A stretch of 64,000 nt of DNA from Candidatus Poribacteria bacterium (lineage in GTDB: Bacteria; Poribacteria; WGA-4E; JAJDTR01): contig CBDCTK010000002.1 of the NCBI GenBank assembly GCA_965222225.1, positions 192,001 to 256,000 of the forward strand. The letters are read 5' to 3'. Shown in pieces: positions 51,761 to 61,105 of the stretch. Under the pieces are notes generated by a model that did not search any database, had not been told where the DNA came from, and worked only from the letters and a program-made list of their open reading frames with translations. The position numbers were made by a program, and so were the translations under genes. Each line of letters opens with the position of its first letter. Within the stretch, counting starts at the first letter, position 1.

Positions 51761-53971
51761 ATGGATGAAGGAAAGGCTATGCAGTCACAAGAGGGTGACA
51801 ACATTGAAAACGACGTGGACGCCCCACTAGCAGAGTTAAACTCGACAGGTGTTGGGATGTCACAATCTGCGTGGTGGGACGGCTTGAGAGAGTGGATGGC
51901 GGGGAAGCTGTCAAAGTCCGGGATTGCTCCGTTTTCATTTGATTACGATGGCGTGAACTCAAGCGAATTCCTTTCGACTTGGGAGTTCTCCATAAACGAA
52001 ACGTCGTTGGATAAGGGGAGGACTCTACAAACGGTAACCTACACCGACAAGAAAACAGGGCTCGAGGTGCGCTGCGAGGTGACACTTTTCACAGACCATC
52101 CCGCAGTAGAATGGGTTTTGAAATTCAGGAATGCAGGAGAACGCGACACTCCGATTATCGCCAATATTCAGGCGCTGGATACCGTGCTGCATGACGAAGC
52201 GGATAACTTTAAGCTGCATTATACATCGGGACCGAAGGAAGGCATCGCCGCCGGTTCCGCGGATTTTGGTCCGAACGAAAGAGAATTAGCCGCAAATTCT
52301 ACCCTAAAGATGTCATCAATGCACGGAAGGTCTTCATGGGGAGAAAGCCTGCCTTTCTTCAACCTCGAAATGTCTAACCGAGGCGTTATGATTGGCATTG
52401 GCTGGACCGGGCAATGGCTGGCGAGTTTTTCGCGAGACTCACAATCGGTGCGAGTGTGCGCCGGTATGGAGCGAACGCACCTCAAACTTTTCCCCGGAGA
52501 AGAGATTCGTTCCCCACGCATGTTACTTCTATTCTGGCAAGGTCATCGAATCTACGGACAGAACCTGCTTCGTCGAATACTTCTAGCCCATTACTATCCG
52601 CAGAAGGATGGCAAGCCGATGGCGGTGCCGTTGTTGGCAAGCTCGATGGGTATATATGAGGAAGCATTTGGAGCGACCGAACAAAACCAGATCGAATATG
52701 CGTCTGCATTAGCGCCGCTTGGATTTGAATATATCTGGATTGACGTGGGCTGGCAAGTCAAAAGCCCGGGGCTCTCCCACATCGGACCTGCCGACCTCGA
52801 TCGCTTTCCCAACGGACTTCGAGGGGTGACCGACGCGCTGAAGAAAATGAATATGGGTCTACTTGTATGGTTTGCTCCCGAATATCAGGGCGGAAGCACG
52901 TGGATGGAGCGTGAACACCTTGAACTTTTTCTTACCGTCAAAGATAAAGAGGTCACGGGGCTTCCGCCATTCAGAATGCTGGACTATGGAAATCCCAAGG
53001 CGCTTGAGATGATTACCGATTACATTTCGAATCTGATTAAGGAGGAGGGCATCGGCATTTATCGGCAGGATGGACCGATCGGCGCGAATTTGACATACCC
53101 CGATGGTCGCCTATATCCGCACGGGCAACCGCTCCAGTGGTGGAGAGATGCGGACGCACCGGATCGACAAGGAATTGCCGAAATTCGCTATATTGAGGGC
53201 ATGTATTGGTTTTGGGACGAACTTCGCAGGCGAAATCCGGGCTTGATTATTGATATGTGCGGCGGCGGCGCTACGCGTATAGACCTGGAAGCTATGTCGC
53301 GATGTTTTTATCTTTGGCGCTCGGACCACAACCATCCCGGCTTTGAACCGAACGACTACCAATCGCAAACCTATGGTATCAGTCAATGGGTACCATCAAC
53401 CGCGACCGCCAGCGGCTACCCCGACACCTATTCATTTCGCAGCTCAATGAATGCCGGCATCGCGGCCGCGTGGAATCCGTTTCAACCGGAGATGGAGCAG
53501 CGCTGGCCCTTGGCGTTTCCCGTCAATCAGAAGGAACCCTACGAACTAAAAACGGTGCCGCGCAAAACGGTCGACGACGACGAGAAGGTAGGTTATATGG
53601 TCACCGAGCCCTTCCCGTGGGATACCGCCAGCAAGTTAATTGAGGAATACAAGCGTATACGTCACCTGTTCTACGGCGATTTTTATCCTCTCACATCGTA
53701 CAGTCTGACCCACGACACATGGCTGGCGTATCAGCTTCACAAGGAGGACCTGGGTCAAGGGATGGTGCTTGCGTTTCGCCGACCCGAGTGCCCGCGGCAA
53801 ACCACAAACCTGAAATTGTGGGGTCTTGAGATGGACGCAAGCTACGAGGTAAACTTTGAAGATCAGGCTACCAAGGTTGTGCTGAATGGGAGGGAAATGG
53901 CGGAGGGGATAGATTTCACAATAGACTCGCAGCCTGGTTCGCTGCTTATTACGTACTCCAAGGTAGAGTAG
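51761..53971 (+). CDS. Alpha-galactosidase-like glycoside hydrolase (GH36 clan D)
   Basis: IWIDVGW, VWFAPE, IYRQD, IDMCGGGATRID and GDFYPLT. Paralog of 21418-23484, with no obvious signal peptide. Confidence 0.87.
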   Translation: MDEGKAMQSQEGDNIENDVDAPLAELNSTGVGMSQSAWWDGLREWMAGKLSKSGIAPFSFDYDGVNSSEFLSTWEFSINETSLDKGRTLQTVTYTDKKTGLEVRCEVTLFTDHPAVEWVLKFRNAGERDTPIIANIQALDTVLHDEADNFKLHYTSGPKEGIAAGSADFGPNERELAANSTLKMSSMHGRSSWGESLPFFNLEMSNRGVMIGIGWTGQWLASFSRDSQSVRVCAGMERTHLKLFPGEEIRSPRMLLLFWQGHRIYGQNLLRRILLAHYYPQKDGKPMAVPLLASSMGIYEEAFGATEQNQIEYASALAPLGFEYIWIDVGWQVKSPGLSHIGPADLDRFPNGLRGVTDALKKMNMGLLVWFAPEYQGGSTWMEREHLELFLTVKDKEVTGLPPFRMLDYGNPKALEMITDYISNLIKEEGIGIYRQDGPIGANLTYPDGRLYPHGQPLQWWRDADAPDRQGIAEIRYIEGMYWFWDELRRRNPGLIIDMCGGGATRIDLEAMSRCFYLWRSDHNHPGFEPNDYQSQTYGISQWVPSTATASGYPDTYSFRSSMNAGIAAAWNPFQPEMEQRWPLAFPVNQKEPYELKTVPRKTVDDDEKVGYMVTEPFPWDTASKLIEEYKRIRHLFYGDFYPLTSYSLTHDTWLAYQLHKEDLGQGMVLAFRRPECPRQTTNLKLWGLEMDASYEVNFEDQATKVVLNGREMAEGIDFTIDSQPGSLLITYSKVE

Positions 53972-54081
53972 GCTTATTGATAACTAACCCAAGTTGCTAC
54001 GCATCGGAAGTTGTGGGATTTGCATATTTCGATTGTTGTATTGCGTTTTTGTTTATTGCCCTCTAGCGGGTCGGGCTAGAA

Positions 54082-54155
54082 GGGATCTCTATCGCACGGG
54101 ATTCACTATCGCCCTCACTATCCGTTCGGTTGATCCTATTCGGTCGCTTGATCCC
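54082..54155 (+). repeat. Dispersed CTAT/GATC periodic intergenic element, copy 4
   Basis: GGGATCTCTATCGCAC-GGGATTCACTATCGCC. CTAT at 54089, 54106 and 54118. GATC at 54132 and 54150. Confidence 0.7.
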
Positions 54156-54250
54156 GACCTACCGGAAGAAGTGGTTAAATCTACTCGCGATTAACGGAAG
54201 AGCGAGCATTTGGTGGCTAATCTGATTCACGAACATACGAGAAGGAGAGA

Positions 54251-55057
54251 ATGATGAAGGCGACAATGTTAAACAGAACAGCTATAGCCTATACGAGTAC
54301 AATTTTGATGGGACTGATGCTGGCAAGTGCCGGCATTGCCGAATTCAGCTCGGACGACGTTGTCGGCACGTGGCTTTTGGACGATGGCAACGGCGCAGCA
54401 GCAACCGACGCATCCGGAAACGGGAACGTCGGGCAACTCGTGGGGAATCCGAAATGGGTGGTCGGAAAGTTCGGCGGCGCCTTGGAATTCGACGGTGATG
54501 ACCGCGTAGACTGCGGCGATATTGACGGCGTTGATGGATTCACGAGCCTTACAGCACTGGCTTGGTGCAGATGGGACGGAGGCGTTGGAGGGCTTACAGC
54601 GCCTGCAAGGGTGGTTAGCAAACAAGATCCGAACAAGGGCGACAAGGGCCCTTTTTCTCTCGGATCGGGTTGGAATGCCCACAAGCTGACATTTTGGATA
54701 AATTTCGGTCAATGGGCTGGCGTACATAGCGTAACCGACATTGACGATGGCGAATGGCATCATGTCGCAGGCAGCTACGATGGTAACGGCCTCAAGGTAT
54801 ACGTTGATGGAGTCGAAGAAGCGGAGAACAATGTCGGTAAGGTCACCGGAGGATCCACTCCCGAACACGTCGCCATCGGATCCGACGGCTTCGGCAGGGA
54901 GTTCTGGAAGGGAATTATCGACGAGGTGGCTCTCTTTAATTCTGCCCTTACCGAGGACGACATCGGAGAAATTATGAACAAGGGACTTTCGCCTTTGTTG
55001 GCAGTGTCTGCAACGGGCAAACTGGCAACAACGTGGGGAAAATTGAAGAGTCAATAG
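54251..55057 (+). CDS. Secreted LamG/ConA-like protein with C-terminal TxWGxLK motif
   Basis: Signal peptide, WLLDDGNG...DASGNG, GEWHHVAGSYDG, GIIDEV and AVSATGKLATTWGKLKSQ. Confidence 0.92.
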   Translation: MMKATMLNRTAIAYTSTILMGLMLASAGIAEFSSDDVVGTWLLDDGNGAAATDASGNGNVGQLVGNPKWVVGKFGGALEFDGDDRVDCGDIDGVDGFTSLTALAWCRWDGGVGGLTAPARVVSKQDPNKGDKGPFSLGSGWNAHKLTFWINFGQWAGVHSVTDIDDGEWHHVAGSYDGNGLKVYVDGVEEAENNVGKVTGGSTPEHVAIGSDGFGREFWKGIIDEVALFNSALTEDDIGEIMNKGLSPLLAVSATGKLATTWGKLKSQ

Positions 55058-55437
55058 CCAATCAGATCTTCCGCAATGCACAAGTCAATTTCAGGATTGT
55101 GTGGCTGTATGCTTGAAATGGAAGTTGATTCGTTTGTGTAGGTAAATTCTATCCTCGCAAGGCCTAATAGCAATTGTGAAGATAAGAGGGGAATCGGGGA
55201 TTTGATAATCATCAATCATCTTCAATTTGACGATTGAAGATCCTTACACCTTGAGAATCAGGTGAAATTGTGCTGATCCACTGGTTTCCCACGACTAGCC
55301 AACTCTCCGCTGCCTCGCCGAAATAAACCGCTTGACGAAGTTCAGAAAATAAGATAATCTAAAAACCTTTTGCAACTCCGGCTGATTTCTGCAAAATGAC
55401 AAAGTGCAATCTTCAAACTAGGATATAGCAAGATCTC

Positions 55438-57384
55438 TTGATGGCTTTGAGTTCAATCAAGCGGCCTCAATATCGGTCAACAGATGAATCTATGAGGCAA
55501 ACGCAGATTACGTGGCGGGCAGTGCTCATCGCTCTCGTGTTGATACCGTTCAACTCGTTCTGGATCGTTTACATGGAGACGGTCCACTATATAGCGCACT
55601 CTACCAATTTTAGTCTACTCTTCCATGCCATCTTCAATCTCACCCTTCTGCTGATGCTGAACGCCGTGATGCGGCGTATTTCGCCCAGGCTGGTGCTCGG
55701 GCAGGGCGAGCTGGTTACCATTTATGTGATGCTCTGCATCGCTGGAACACTCGCCGGGCACAGCATGATGCAGATTCTCCCGCCGACGCTCGCTGCTCCC
55801 GTCGGTTTTGCCACCCCCGAAAACGACTGGAAAAACCTCTTCGGTCACCACTTTCCCGATTGGCTCATCGTCACGGACACCAAGGCGTTGAGCGGCTACA
55901 TGGCGACGGCTACCAAACGGCCCACGACGCTGTATATTGAAGCCCATATCCAACCTTGGATTGTGCCGGTGCTCGCATGGACGGCGTTTATTTGTGTCTT
56001 CATGTTCGTCATGCTTTGCATAAACGCCATTATCAGGAAACAGTGGACAGAGCGCGAGCGCCTCACCTATCCACTCACGCATTTGCCGTATGAAATGGCA
56101 AATCCGAAATCGGGCCTCCTCAAAAATAAACTTCTATGGACCAGCTTTACAGTCGTTTGCATCATCGACATTATGAACGGATTGCACACGTTTTACCCGG
56201 TTGTGCCATCGTTCCAGCTTCGCGCCTATAACTTGGGAAAGTTCTTCACAACAAAGCCGTGGGACGCCATCGGTTATATGGCGTTGCTGGTCCGCCCGTT
56301 TCTCCTCGGTCTCATCTTTCTCGTTCCTCTCGACATCTCGTTCTCATGCTGGGTTTTCTTCTTTTTCTGGAAGGCACAGTTGGTTTTGGGTGAAGCGTGG
56401 GGATTCCAGAATCGTCCCGAATTTCCCGAACAGTCCGCCGGCGCTTATATTGCGCTCAGTGTCATCGCTATCTGGACGGGCAGACACCACTTTTCCAGGG
56501 TGATACGCTCAATCTGGGATCGTCGACTCGCCGGAGACAGTGAACGCGAAGCATTGCCGTACAATGTTGCGGTGTATGGCGTGATTGCGGGTTTCCTGTT
56601 CATCGTCGTGTTCTGTTGGCAGGCTGGAATGACATGGTGGGGCGCCGCAATGTTCTTTGCCCTTCTCCTCATGACAAATATTGGGGTCACGCGTATCCGC
56701 GCGGAAGTCGGCTCGCCCGTGCACGACTTGCACTTTGCCGGTCCGGAAATCCTCATGCTGGATGCTTTCGGTACGCGGCGCGTGGGCCCACGGACGTTGT
56801 CGATTATCTCGCTTTTCTGGTTCCTTACCCGGGCACACTACAGCGACGTGATGCCTCACCAACTCGAAGGATTCCGGATTGCGGACCGCTCACGGATGAA
56901 TCAACGCCGCGTTTTCGGCGTGATGCTCATTGCGATTGTCGTTGGCACCGTCATCGCTTTCTGGGCATTGCTTGACGCGGGCTATCGGCACGGCGCCGGC
57001 TGGGGCGGCGAACCGCTGGGTAGATTGAACCGTTGGTTAATCTATCCAATGCACCCGGATATGTACGGAATCGGCTATTTTACCTTGGGATTAGCGTTCG
57101 GTCTTTTTGTGATGTTTATGCGGGTACAGTTCCTATGGTGGCCGCTCCACCCTGCCGGTTACGCCGTATCCAGCACATACGGGATGCGGGATACGTGGTT
57201 CATGTTCTTTACGGCGTGGCTCATAAAATGGATTCTCTTAAAAGCGGGCGGCATGAAAGCACATCGCGCCGCCATCCCGTTTTTTCTCGGCATGGTTTTG
57301 GCGGACTTTATCGTCGGCGGCTGTTGGGCGTTGTTGGGCGTGCTGCTTAACGTACGGACGTATGGATTCACCGCGTGGTGGTGA
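55438..57384 (+). CDS. Polytopic membrane protein, DUF6785/DUF6784-like putative transporter
   Basis: Paralog of 28775-30706 (RKQWTERERLTYP, RIRAEVGSP, WWPLHPAGY, TYGFTAWW). The start may be 55492 (MRQTQ). Confidence 0.75.
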   Translation: MMALSSIKRPQYRSTDESMRQTQITWRAVLIALVLIPFNSFWIVYMETVHYIAHSTNFSLLFHAIFNLTLLLMLNAVMRRISPRLVLGQGELVTIYVMLCIAGTLAGHSMMQILPPTLAAPVGFATPENDWKNLFGHHFPDWLIVTDTKALSGYMATATKRPTTLYIEAHIQPWIVPVLAWTAFICVFMFVMLCINAIIRKQWTERERLTYPLTHLPYEMANPKSGLLKNKLLWTSFTVVCIIDIMNGLHTFYPVVPSFQLRAYNLGKFFTTKPWDAIGYMALLVRPFLLGLIFLVPLDISFSCWVFFFFWKAQLVLGEAWGFQNRPEFPEQSAGAYIALSVIAIWTGRHHFSRVIRSIWDRRLAGDSEREALPYNVAVYGVIAGFLFIVVFCWQAGMTWWGAAMFFALLLMTNIGVTRIRAEVGSPVHDLHFAGPEILMLDAFGTRRVGPRTLSIISLFWFLTRAHYSDVMPHQLEGFRIADRSRMNQRRVFGVMLIAIVVGTVIAFWALLDAGYRHGAGWGGEPLGRLNRWLIYPMHPDMYGIGYFTLGLAFGLFVMFMRVQFLWWPLHPAGYAVSSTYGMRDTWFMFFTAWLIKWILLKAGGMKAHRAAIPFFLGMVLADFIVGGCWALLGVLLNVRTYGFTAWW

Positions 57385-57466
57385 CCTTATTCGCCGTCAA
57401 TCCTGTCAGATCTCTAGTCCGTGAATGGCATTCAAACGGCGCCACTCGCTCGCATAAGGACAAACG

Positions 57467-58621
57467 ATGAAAATCACGCGCGTAGAGACGTTTTTAACAA
57501 ACGCCGGTTTGCGCAACTATTTGTTTATTCGTCTCACCACGGACACCGGGTTGAGCGGTATTGGAGAGGCATCCCTAGAGTGGCAGGAGAAAACAGTTCA
57601 CACCCTGGTTGACGAATGGGTGACAGACCGTGTTTTGGGGACAGATCCCTTTGACATTGAAGCCGTCATCGGTGGGATGATTCGCGACCAATATCAGGGT
57701 GGCGCGACTGTGATGACCGCCATCAGTGGCGTGGAGATCGCATTCTGGGATATTATCGGCAAAGCTTGCGGTCAACCTGTCTATAAGTTGCTCGGCGGTC
57801 GTTGCCACGAGCGACTGAAGGCGTATGCCAACGGCTGGTACGGTGGGGCTAGGACTCCTCAGGAGTATGCGGAAGCAGCAAGAAACGCGGTAAGCCGTGG
57901 GTACAAAGCGCTGAAGTTCGATCCGTTTGGCACGGCATGGAAGGAGATGAATCGCGATGAAATGGATGAAACGGAAGCCCTAGTCGCAGCCGTGCGTTCT
58001 GCGGTGGGTGACAAAATCGGGTTGATGATTGAGGTGCATGGGCGTTTATCCGTCGGAAGTGCTATTGAGATGGGGAGACGCTTGGAAAAGTATTGTCCCG
58101 CGTGGTACGAAGAGCCGGTCTCGCCGAATAGTCTCGAGTTACTCACGGAAGTCAAGAAGGCTCTGCCATTCCCGATTGCGGCGGGGGAGCGGCTGTACAC
58201 GTTGGAAGATTTCTATCGCTTCACGGCGATGCGAGCAGCGGACATCGTACAGATGGATCCCGCCCATTGCGGCGGATTACTCCTGACAAAGAAGATTGCC
58301 GCGATGGCTGAAGCACAAGATATCAAAGTTGCGCCTCACTGCTCGATTGGTCCAGTGGCGCTCTGCGCCGCGCTGCATGTGGATTGGTCAACGCCAAATG
58401 CCATGATTCAGGAAAACTTCGGCGACTACGATGTTTCGTGGCGCAATGACTTGGTTTTTGGCTGGAACCCGGTTAAGAATGGCGAATTTGCCCTGCCCGA
58501 AAAGCCTGGTCTTGGTATTGAACTCAATACCGCGCTTTGTGTCGAACACCCGTATAAAAAGAACAGCTTCCCATCCCTTTGGGATAAGCGGTGGCTAAAA
58601 GACTTTACGCAAAATAGATAA
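57467..58621 (+). CDS. Mandelate racemase/enolase-superfamily acid-sugar dehydratase (DgoD-like)
   Basis: AISGVEIAFWDIIGK, KFDPF, EVHGR, YEEP, GER and APH. Confidence 0.9.
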   Translation: MKITRVETFLTNAGLRNYLFIRLTTDTGLSGIGEASLEWQEKTVHTLVDEWVTDRVLGTDPFDIEAVIGGMIRDQYQGGATVMTAISGVEIAFWDIIGKACGQPVYKLLGGRCHERLKAYANGWYGGARTPQEYAEAARNAVSRGYKALKFDPFGTAWKEMNRDEMDETEALVAAVRSAVGDKIGLMIEVHGRLSVGSAIEMGRRLEKYCPAWYEEPVSPNSLELLTEVKKALPFPIAAGERLYTLEDFYRFTAMRAADIVQMDPAHCGGLLLTKKIAAMAEAQDIKVAPHCSIGPVALCAALHVDWSTPNAMIQENFGDYDVSWRNDLVFGWNPVKNGEFALPEKPGLGIELNTALCVEHPYKKNSFPSLWDKRWLKDFTQNR

Positions 58622-58675
58622 ATGCGCCATCTAGTATGCGCCATCTAGTAGATGTGTAATCATGTTTCCCACGTT

Positions 58676-59407
58676 TCAGCAAAGTATGGTTTTGATTGCC
58701 TCAACACACTTCTTGCAGTTCGGCACAGGGTTCTCGACATCACCTTCGTACTCTATGGTCAGGAATTGATCGTAACCGGTGTCGCCAAGCAATTTAATCA
58801 ATGCATCCAGACGTAGATTCCCTTCTCCAATGACCGTATCTTCAGGATGCCCATCTCGCCTGAAGATAAAGTCCTTCAAATGAACACCGTGTAGCCTATC
58901 CCTGTATTTGCCCGCAATTTCCACCGGATCGTAACCGCTATCAAGCATCCAAGCCGTATCAAGGCGCAATCCGATGTCCTCCGATGTGCGCGAAAACACT
59001 CGATCCAGCGCGTCGGGTGAACCGAGGTTATCTTTTCGCCCATGATTGTGAATGGCAATCTTCATGCCAAATTCCGCGCATAGCGGCTCAAGGCAGAGAG
59101 CGGTTTCTATCTCTTTGCCCTTTGGAAAACTGGCAACCAGGCTATTCAGACCTACCGCTTTTGCGAATTCAAACCAAGCGCGATTGTTTGCTTGGTTCGT
59201 ATCAATCGCGTTTACCCCGTGACCACTGACTTCAATGCCGTTTGAACGATACTCATTGATTATTGACGTATAGTCGGTGTCGCGAAGCGGATCCACAAAC
59301 AAGCTTCCCAACTCAATGTAGTCGAGTCCACAGGATTTAGTGGCTTGAATAATCTTGTCAGGTTCGCTCCATGTGCGAAAGCACCAACTCTGTATACTGA
59401 TTTTCAT
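58676..59407 (-). CDS. Sugar phosphate isomerase/epimerase (xylose isomerase-like TIM barrel)
   Basis: IAIHNHG, LDTAW, VHLKD and LTIEYE. Confidence 0.88.
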   Translation of the reverse strand: MKISIQSWCFRTWSEPDKIIQATKSCGLDYIELGSLFVDPLRDTDYTSIINEYRSNGIEVSGHGVNAIDTNQANNRAWFEFAKAVGLNSLVASFPKGKEIETALCLEPLCAEFGMKIAIHNHGRKDNLGSPDALDRVFSRTSEDIGLRLDTAWMLDSGYDPVEIAGKYRDRLHGVHLKDFIFRRDGHPEDTVIGEGNLRLDALIKLLGDTGYDQFLTIEYEGDVENPVPNCKKCVEAIKTILC

Positions 59408-59907
59408 TTTGAATTCCTTCGTTTCCCGTAGTATCCTATTGTCACGTTTCGATAACTATCACGCATACGCTTCCGGCGCCTCGACGCGGGGACCTACCCG
59501 AATCTCCTCCAACCGTGCACGCACTTCCTCATGCAACCAATTTCCGATGATTGTCCCGATTTATCCACCCACCGTACGCCAGTCTAGACAGTCGTAGAGT
59601 GTGGGGTATTCTACATGCTTCCACCGAGGCGGTCAATGAGAATCAACTATGTGTCCGAGGGAAACACATCCAAATCTCAAGATGATGCAGATCGTATATC
59701 GCACTGTGGTTAAGACCTCGGCCTGTAAATCCGACTTACCGCACAGGCGCATCCTGTTTTTCTGTGAGAACGTACTTTGTGGACAGTTATCTTGTTGGTT
59801 TTGACTGTTGGCTACCCCGCTTACGAGCAGGATGAGTTCGCAATCGTGGACAATTCCACCTTATGGACTATAATGTACAGAGCATGGGAGCGAACCCTCC
59901 TTTTGCG

Positions 59908-59936
59908 TTGCGTCGATTAGGGGTAGGTGCTATAAT
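59908..59936 (+). promoter_or_regulatory. Putative sigma70 promoter of mtnA
   Basis: TTGCGT-17 bp-TATAAT with an extended -10 TG. GGAGG RBS downstream. Confidence 0.65.
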
Positions 59937-59989
59937 CCGAAATACGACATCAGCTACTCGGAGAGTTTTGTCGACTGGAGGACAAAAGG

Positions 59990-61030
59990 ATGCCAATTCC
60001 AACGATTGAATGGGTAGATGGCAGAATACGGCTGATAGATCAAACCTTGCTGCCCAATGAGTTTAAACAGATTTACTGCGATGATTTAGAGACTGTGTGG
60101 GAAGCAATTATATCGCTTCGAGTGCGTGGCGCACCGGCGATTGGAATTGCGGCTGCATTGGGAGCGGTGCTAGGGATTTGGAAGTCGCGAGCGAAAAACT
60201 ACGCAGAATTCGCAGATGAGTTGGCTAAGGCAACCGACTACTTGGCAACATCAAGGCCTACCGCGGTGAATCTGTTCTGGGCGCTCAACCGGATGGCCAA
60301 GACAGCAGAAAAGCACCGGCACGCCGAACTTCCGGAGTTAAAGCAAGTATTGCTGAACGAGGCATTGGCAATCATTGAAGAAGATCGCGCGATGTGTCGT
60401 GCCATTGGAAAACACGGCTTGCAACTCCTGAGTGAAGGCGACACCATTCTAACGCACTGCAATGCAGGGGGATTGGCAACCTCCGATTACGGGACAGCCT
60501 TGGCAGTCATGTTTACGGCGCATGAAGCCGGCAAGAATATAAGTGTCTACGCCGATGAGACTCGCCCGCTGCTCCAAGGGTCGCGTTTGACGGCGTGGGA
60601 GTTGATGGAGGCGGGAATTGATGTAACGCTAATCTGCGACAATATGGCTGCCCAAGTCATGAAGGAGGGAAAAATACAGTGTGCTGTCGTCGGCGCGGAC
60701 AGAATTGCCGCAAACGGTGACGCAGCAAACAAGATTGGTACCTATAACGTCGCCATACTCGCCCAAGCGCACGGATTACCGTTCTATGTCGCCGCGCCGA
60801 CTTCCACGCTGGATCTCTCACTAGACACGGGAGACCAGATTCCCATTGAGCAGCGCCCCCCCGAGGAGGTCACGGAAGGCTTTGGCAAACGAACCGCGCC
60901 AGAGGGCGTCAAGGTTTACAGTCCCGCGTTTGATGTTACACCCGCCCACCTGATTACCGCCATCATTACGGAAAAGGGAATTTCCCGACCACCATTCCGC
61001 ATCAGTTTGGCGGAGCTATTTAACTCTTGA
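59990..61030 (+). CDS. mtnA: S-methyl-5-thioribose-1-phosphate isomerase
   Basis: LIDQTLLP, VRGAPAIG, SRPTAVNL, LTHCNAGGLAT, DETRPLLQG and ANKIGT. Confidence 0.97.
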   Translation: MPIPTIEWVDGRIRLIDQTLLPNEFKQIYCDDLETVWEAIISLRVRGAPAIGIAAALGAVLGIWKSRAKNYAEFADELAKATDYLATSRPTAVNLFWALNRMAKTAEKHRHAELPELKQVLLNEALAIIEEDRAMCRAIGKHGLQLLSEGDTILTHCNAGGLATSDYGTALAVMFTAHEAGKNISVYADETRPLLQGSRLTAWELMEAGIDVTLICDNMAAQVMKEGKIQCAVVGADRIAANGDAANKIGTYNVAILAQAHGLPFYVAAPTSTLDLSLDTGDQIPIEQRPPEEVTEGFGKRTAPEGVKVYSPAFDVTPAHLITAIITEKGISRPPFRISLAELFNS

Positions 61031-61105
61031 ATCTGTGAGGGGGTGTGGTGCCAGTTTTACGATGCGAGTCAGATGGTGACATACTCAGTTACCTAATCTA
61101 ATCCA

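Noticed and set aside
54269-55081. Long antisense ORFs (for example 54269-55081, 23525-24229, 1073-1774, 6455-7105)
   Set aside because: They are shadows of well-supported genes on the opposite strand and have no recognisable motifs.
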